Origin: Laetmonice hystrix
Lineage: Eukaryota
DNA: 64,000 nucleotides
NCBI GenBank assembly: GCA_965235115.1
Contig: OZ249447.1
Coordinates: 5,146,001-5,210,000, forward strand
Reading direction: 5' to 3'
Below, piece after piece: positions 61,243 to 64,000 of this stretch (positions are counted from its first letter, which is position 1; each line of letters starts with the position of its first letter). Both the position numbers and the translations under genes were made by a program. Under the pieces are notes generated by a model. That model did not search any database, was not told the origin of the DNA, and saw nothing but the letters and a program-made list of their open reading frames with translations.

Positions 61243-62740
61243 TTGGTGTCCGGGCAGTGGTGGGGGCAGGGCGGGTGGCTGTTGGTGTCCGTGCAGGGGT
61301 GGCTGTTGGTGTCCGGCAGTGGTGGGGTCAGGGCGGGTGGCTGTTGGTGTCCGTGCAGGGGTGGGGTCAGGGCGGGTGGCTGTTGGTGTCCGTGCAGGGG
61401 TGGGGTCAGGGCGGGTGGCTGTTGGTGTCCAGGCAGGGGTGGGAGCTGGGCGGGTGGCTGTTGGTGTCCGTGCAGTGGTGGGGGCAGGGCGGGTGGCTGT
61501 TGGTGTCCGAGCAGTGGTGGGGGCAGGGCGGGTGGCTGTTGGTGTCCGGGCAGTGGCGGGGGCAGGGCGGGTGGCTGTTGGTGTCCGGGCAGTGGTGGGG
61601 GCAGGGCGGGTGGCTGTTGGTCTCCGGGCAGTGGTGGGGGCAGAGCGGGTGGCTGTTGGTGTCCGGGCAGTGGTGGGGGCAGGGCGGGTGGCTGTTGGTC
61701 TCCGGGCAGTGGTGGGGGCAGAGCGGGTGGCTGTTGGTGTCCGGGCAGTGGTGGGGGCAGGGCGGGTGGCTGTTGGTCTCCGGGCAGTGGTGGGGGCAGG
61801 GCGGGTGGCTGTTGGTGTCCGGGGGGCGGTGGGGGCAGGGCGGGTGGCTGTTGGTGTCCGGCAGTGGTGGGGGCAGGGCGGGTGGCTGTTGGTGTCCAGG
61901 CAGTGGTGGGGGCAGGGCGGGTGGCTGTTGGTGTCCGGGCAGTGGTGGGGGCAGGGCGGGTGGCTGTTGGTGTCCGGGCAGTGGTGGGGGCAGGGCGGGT
62001 GGCTGTTGGTGTCCGGGGGCGGTGGGGGCAGGGCGGGTGGCTGTTGGTGTCCGGGCAGTGGTGGGGGCAGGGCGGGTGGCTGTTGGTGTCCGGGCAGTGG
62101 TGGGGGCTGGGCGGGTGGCTGTTGGTGTCCGGGCAGTGGTGGGGGCAGGGCGGGTGGCTTTTGGTGTCCGGGCAGTGGTGGGGGCAGGGCGGGTGGCTGT
62201 TGGTGTCCGGGCAGTGGTGGGGGCAGGGCGGGTGGCTGTTGGTGTCCGGGAGGCGGTGGGGGCAGGGCGGGTGGCTGTTGGTGTCCGGGCTGTGGTGGGG
62301 GCAGGGCGGGTGGCTGTTGGTGTCCGGGCTGTGGTGGGGGCAGGGCGGGTGGCTGTTGGTGTCCGGCAGTGGTGGGGTCAGGGCGGGTGGCTGTTGGTGT
62401 CCGGGAGGCGGTGGGGGCAGGGCGGGTGGCTGTTGGTGTCCGGGCTGTGGTGGGGGCAGGGCGGGTGGCTGTTGGTGTCCGGGCTGTGGTGGGGGCAGGG
62501 CGGGTGGCTGTTGGTGTCCGGGCAGTGGTGGGGGCAGGGCGGGTGGCTGTTGGTGTCCGGGAGGCGGTGGGGGCTGGGCGGGTGGCTGTTGGTGTCCGGC
62601 AGTGGTGGGGGCAGGGCGGGTGGCTGTTGGTGTCCGGGGGGCGGTGTGGGCAGGGCGGGTGGCTGTTGGTGTCCGGGCAGTGGTGGGGGTAGGGCGGGTG
62701 GCTGTTGGTCTCCGGGCAGTGTGGGGGCTGGGCGGGTGGC
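61243..62740. repeat. G-rich minisatellite, 39/37-bp unit, ~38 copies
   Basis: ggtgtccgggcagtggtgggggcagggcgggtggctgtt repeated. Confidence 0.97.
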
Positions 62741-62890
62741 CCTGTAGTATCACATTAATATTTTTGGTTCATTCAAATCGTACGTATTCTGGTGCTCTCT
62801 CTCGCTCTCTCTGTGAAAGAGAAAAAATAGCGAGCTACCCTATACTTCTATTTTGTGTTTGCGAATCAGACCATTTAGCCATTTCAGTAC

Positions 62891-62977
62891 CAATGCAATG
62901 ACGGAATCCTTGTAAATTGAACAGTATAATATCAATGAACTCTTCCTCTTTTTGATTGTAATGATCTTCTGGCCAAT
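62891..62977 (-). CDS. Candidate exon (phase 1-1), D-WPEDHYNQKEEEFIDIILFNLQGFRHCI-G
   Basis: Strong acceptor atccttgtttttacag|; phase matches the 63122 exon; the donor choice is uncertain. Confidence 0.45.
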
Positions 62978-63121
62978 CTGTAAAAACAAGGATTATGTTA
63001 ACGGAATGATGACATGATGACGCTTCAGGAGTTTCAGTGTGGGGCCGGGGGCGGGGGGGGGGGTCCTTGTCTAGACAGACACTTGTACCGGGGCGAGCAC
63101 CGTTCAGGTGTGTTCACTCAC

Positions 63122-63156
63122 CGGTATGATTCAACCTTTGCCAGCCCCAGCCGTCA
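63122..63156 (-). CDS. Candidate 35-nt exon, DGWGWQRLNHT
   Basis: Acceptor ttttgtttttgtgagtcag|, consensus donor CCG|GTGAGT; joins in frame to 62977. Confidence 0.45.
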
Positions 63157-64000
63157 CTGACTCACAAAAACAAAATACATAGGATAGGGAGGCTGCTAAC
63201 CCTAATGCTTTCTGGCACTGTGGGGAACTGCGTTATTTGACCACCCCATAAACTGGGGTTGAGGACTTGAAACGATTATGACTCGAATCAAGTACTTTGA
63301 AAGCAATATTATAAAAAGGGTTCTTCTCTTTCACATGCACCATGAAGCTGGTGATAATATGACGTTACGATTTTAAATCCTTCAATTTGGAGCTTTCATA
63401 TCACGATTACTCGTGCAACATATAATTACGGAAAAACGTTAAGCCTTGAAAAATAATCAAGTGAGATTTAATACTAAAACTTGAACTACTTGCCAAATAT
63501 ACAGACATGACCTTTGTCAATTCTCGTGAACATAATATAATAACTAAACAAATAGAAGTCTCTCTAGTCACCTAACACTTTCTGACCAACAATCCGAGAG
63601 TAAAATACCTTCACAATCCACGCACGGCTTCAGCGAATCTTTGCACAGTGCATGACATTTCCAATGACGACTGTCCTAACCATCTCTGTATCACAGCCAA
63701 CTGTATCGCACGCACACCCAGTCCCAGTGTGTCAATGTACAAATACTCGATGTACCTTATCCCTCCACATTATATTCCTTTGAACAAGGATCAGGCCTCC
63801 ACCTTGGGGACTACATGAAACGTATCTGTCGCCGGTATAACGGTAGCAGGGTGGATCAATATTGCTGCTCTGGTGTGTCAGTCACAAACCTGTCCGTCTG
63901 TCTGCCGTCAGTCTGTCTGTCCCCTGAGGGAACCCCAGCCAGACTTGGAAACTGACCACTCGCAATAGGTGTGTCATATGGTGGTGCAATCAGAATTACA

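Noticed and set aside
8050-62901. Long ORFs (616, 525, 552, 496, 484, 381, 370, 299 aa etc.) as protein-coding genes
   Set aside because: All lie in tandem arrays, are often open in several frames or on both strands, and lack unique domains; they are artefacts of stop-poor units.
493-63156. Assigning a gene symbol to the minus-strand exons
   Set aside because: No exon peptide matches a family I truly recognise; BLASTP or HMM searches of the concatenated peptides are required, and the exons may belong to more than one gene.

Overview
Eukaryotic (metazoan) genomic DNA, not prokaryotic; a marine invertebrate such as a mollusc is likely but is inference only. There are no operons, rRNA/tRNA genes or CRISPR arrays. 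The window is mostly intronic. About 30 mutually unrelated minisatellite arrays (units 20-135 bp) cover roughly 24-25 kb (~39%, hand estimate), and they explain nearly all long ORFs in the supplied track, which are spurious. Short GT-AG exons of one or more large minus-strand genes are scattered between them; I cannot name the gene(s). The best-supported exons are at 57.7, 45.1, 42.8, 18.8 and 14.4 kb. Non-autonomous mobile elements include two TTAA/TIR Kolobok-like MITEs and a Helentron/HINE-like hairpin element inserted into a 39-bp array. The most interesting signals are: (i) a co-oriented cluster of CTCF-like motifs at 23.8-25.7 kb, five of them amplified by an 85-bp tandem repeat and next to a YY1/CRE promoter-like stretch; (ii) other arrays whose units are ready-made regulatory or structural modules (opposed CCAAT boxes, MRE cores, G-quadruplexes); (iii) two polypyrimidine-CAG|GTAAGT sites that look like recursive splice points. 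All calls were made by eye with no database searches. I found no complete novel system that I can support.
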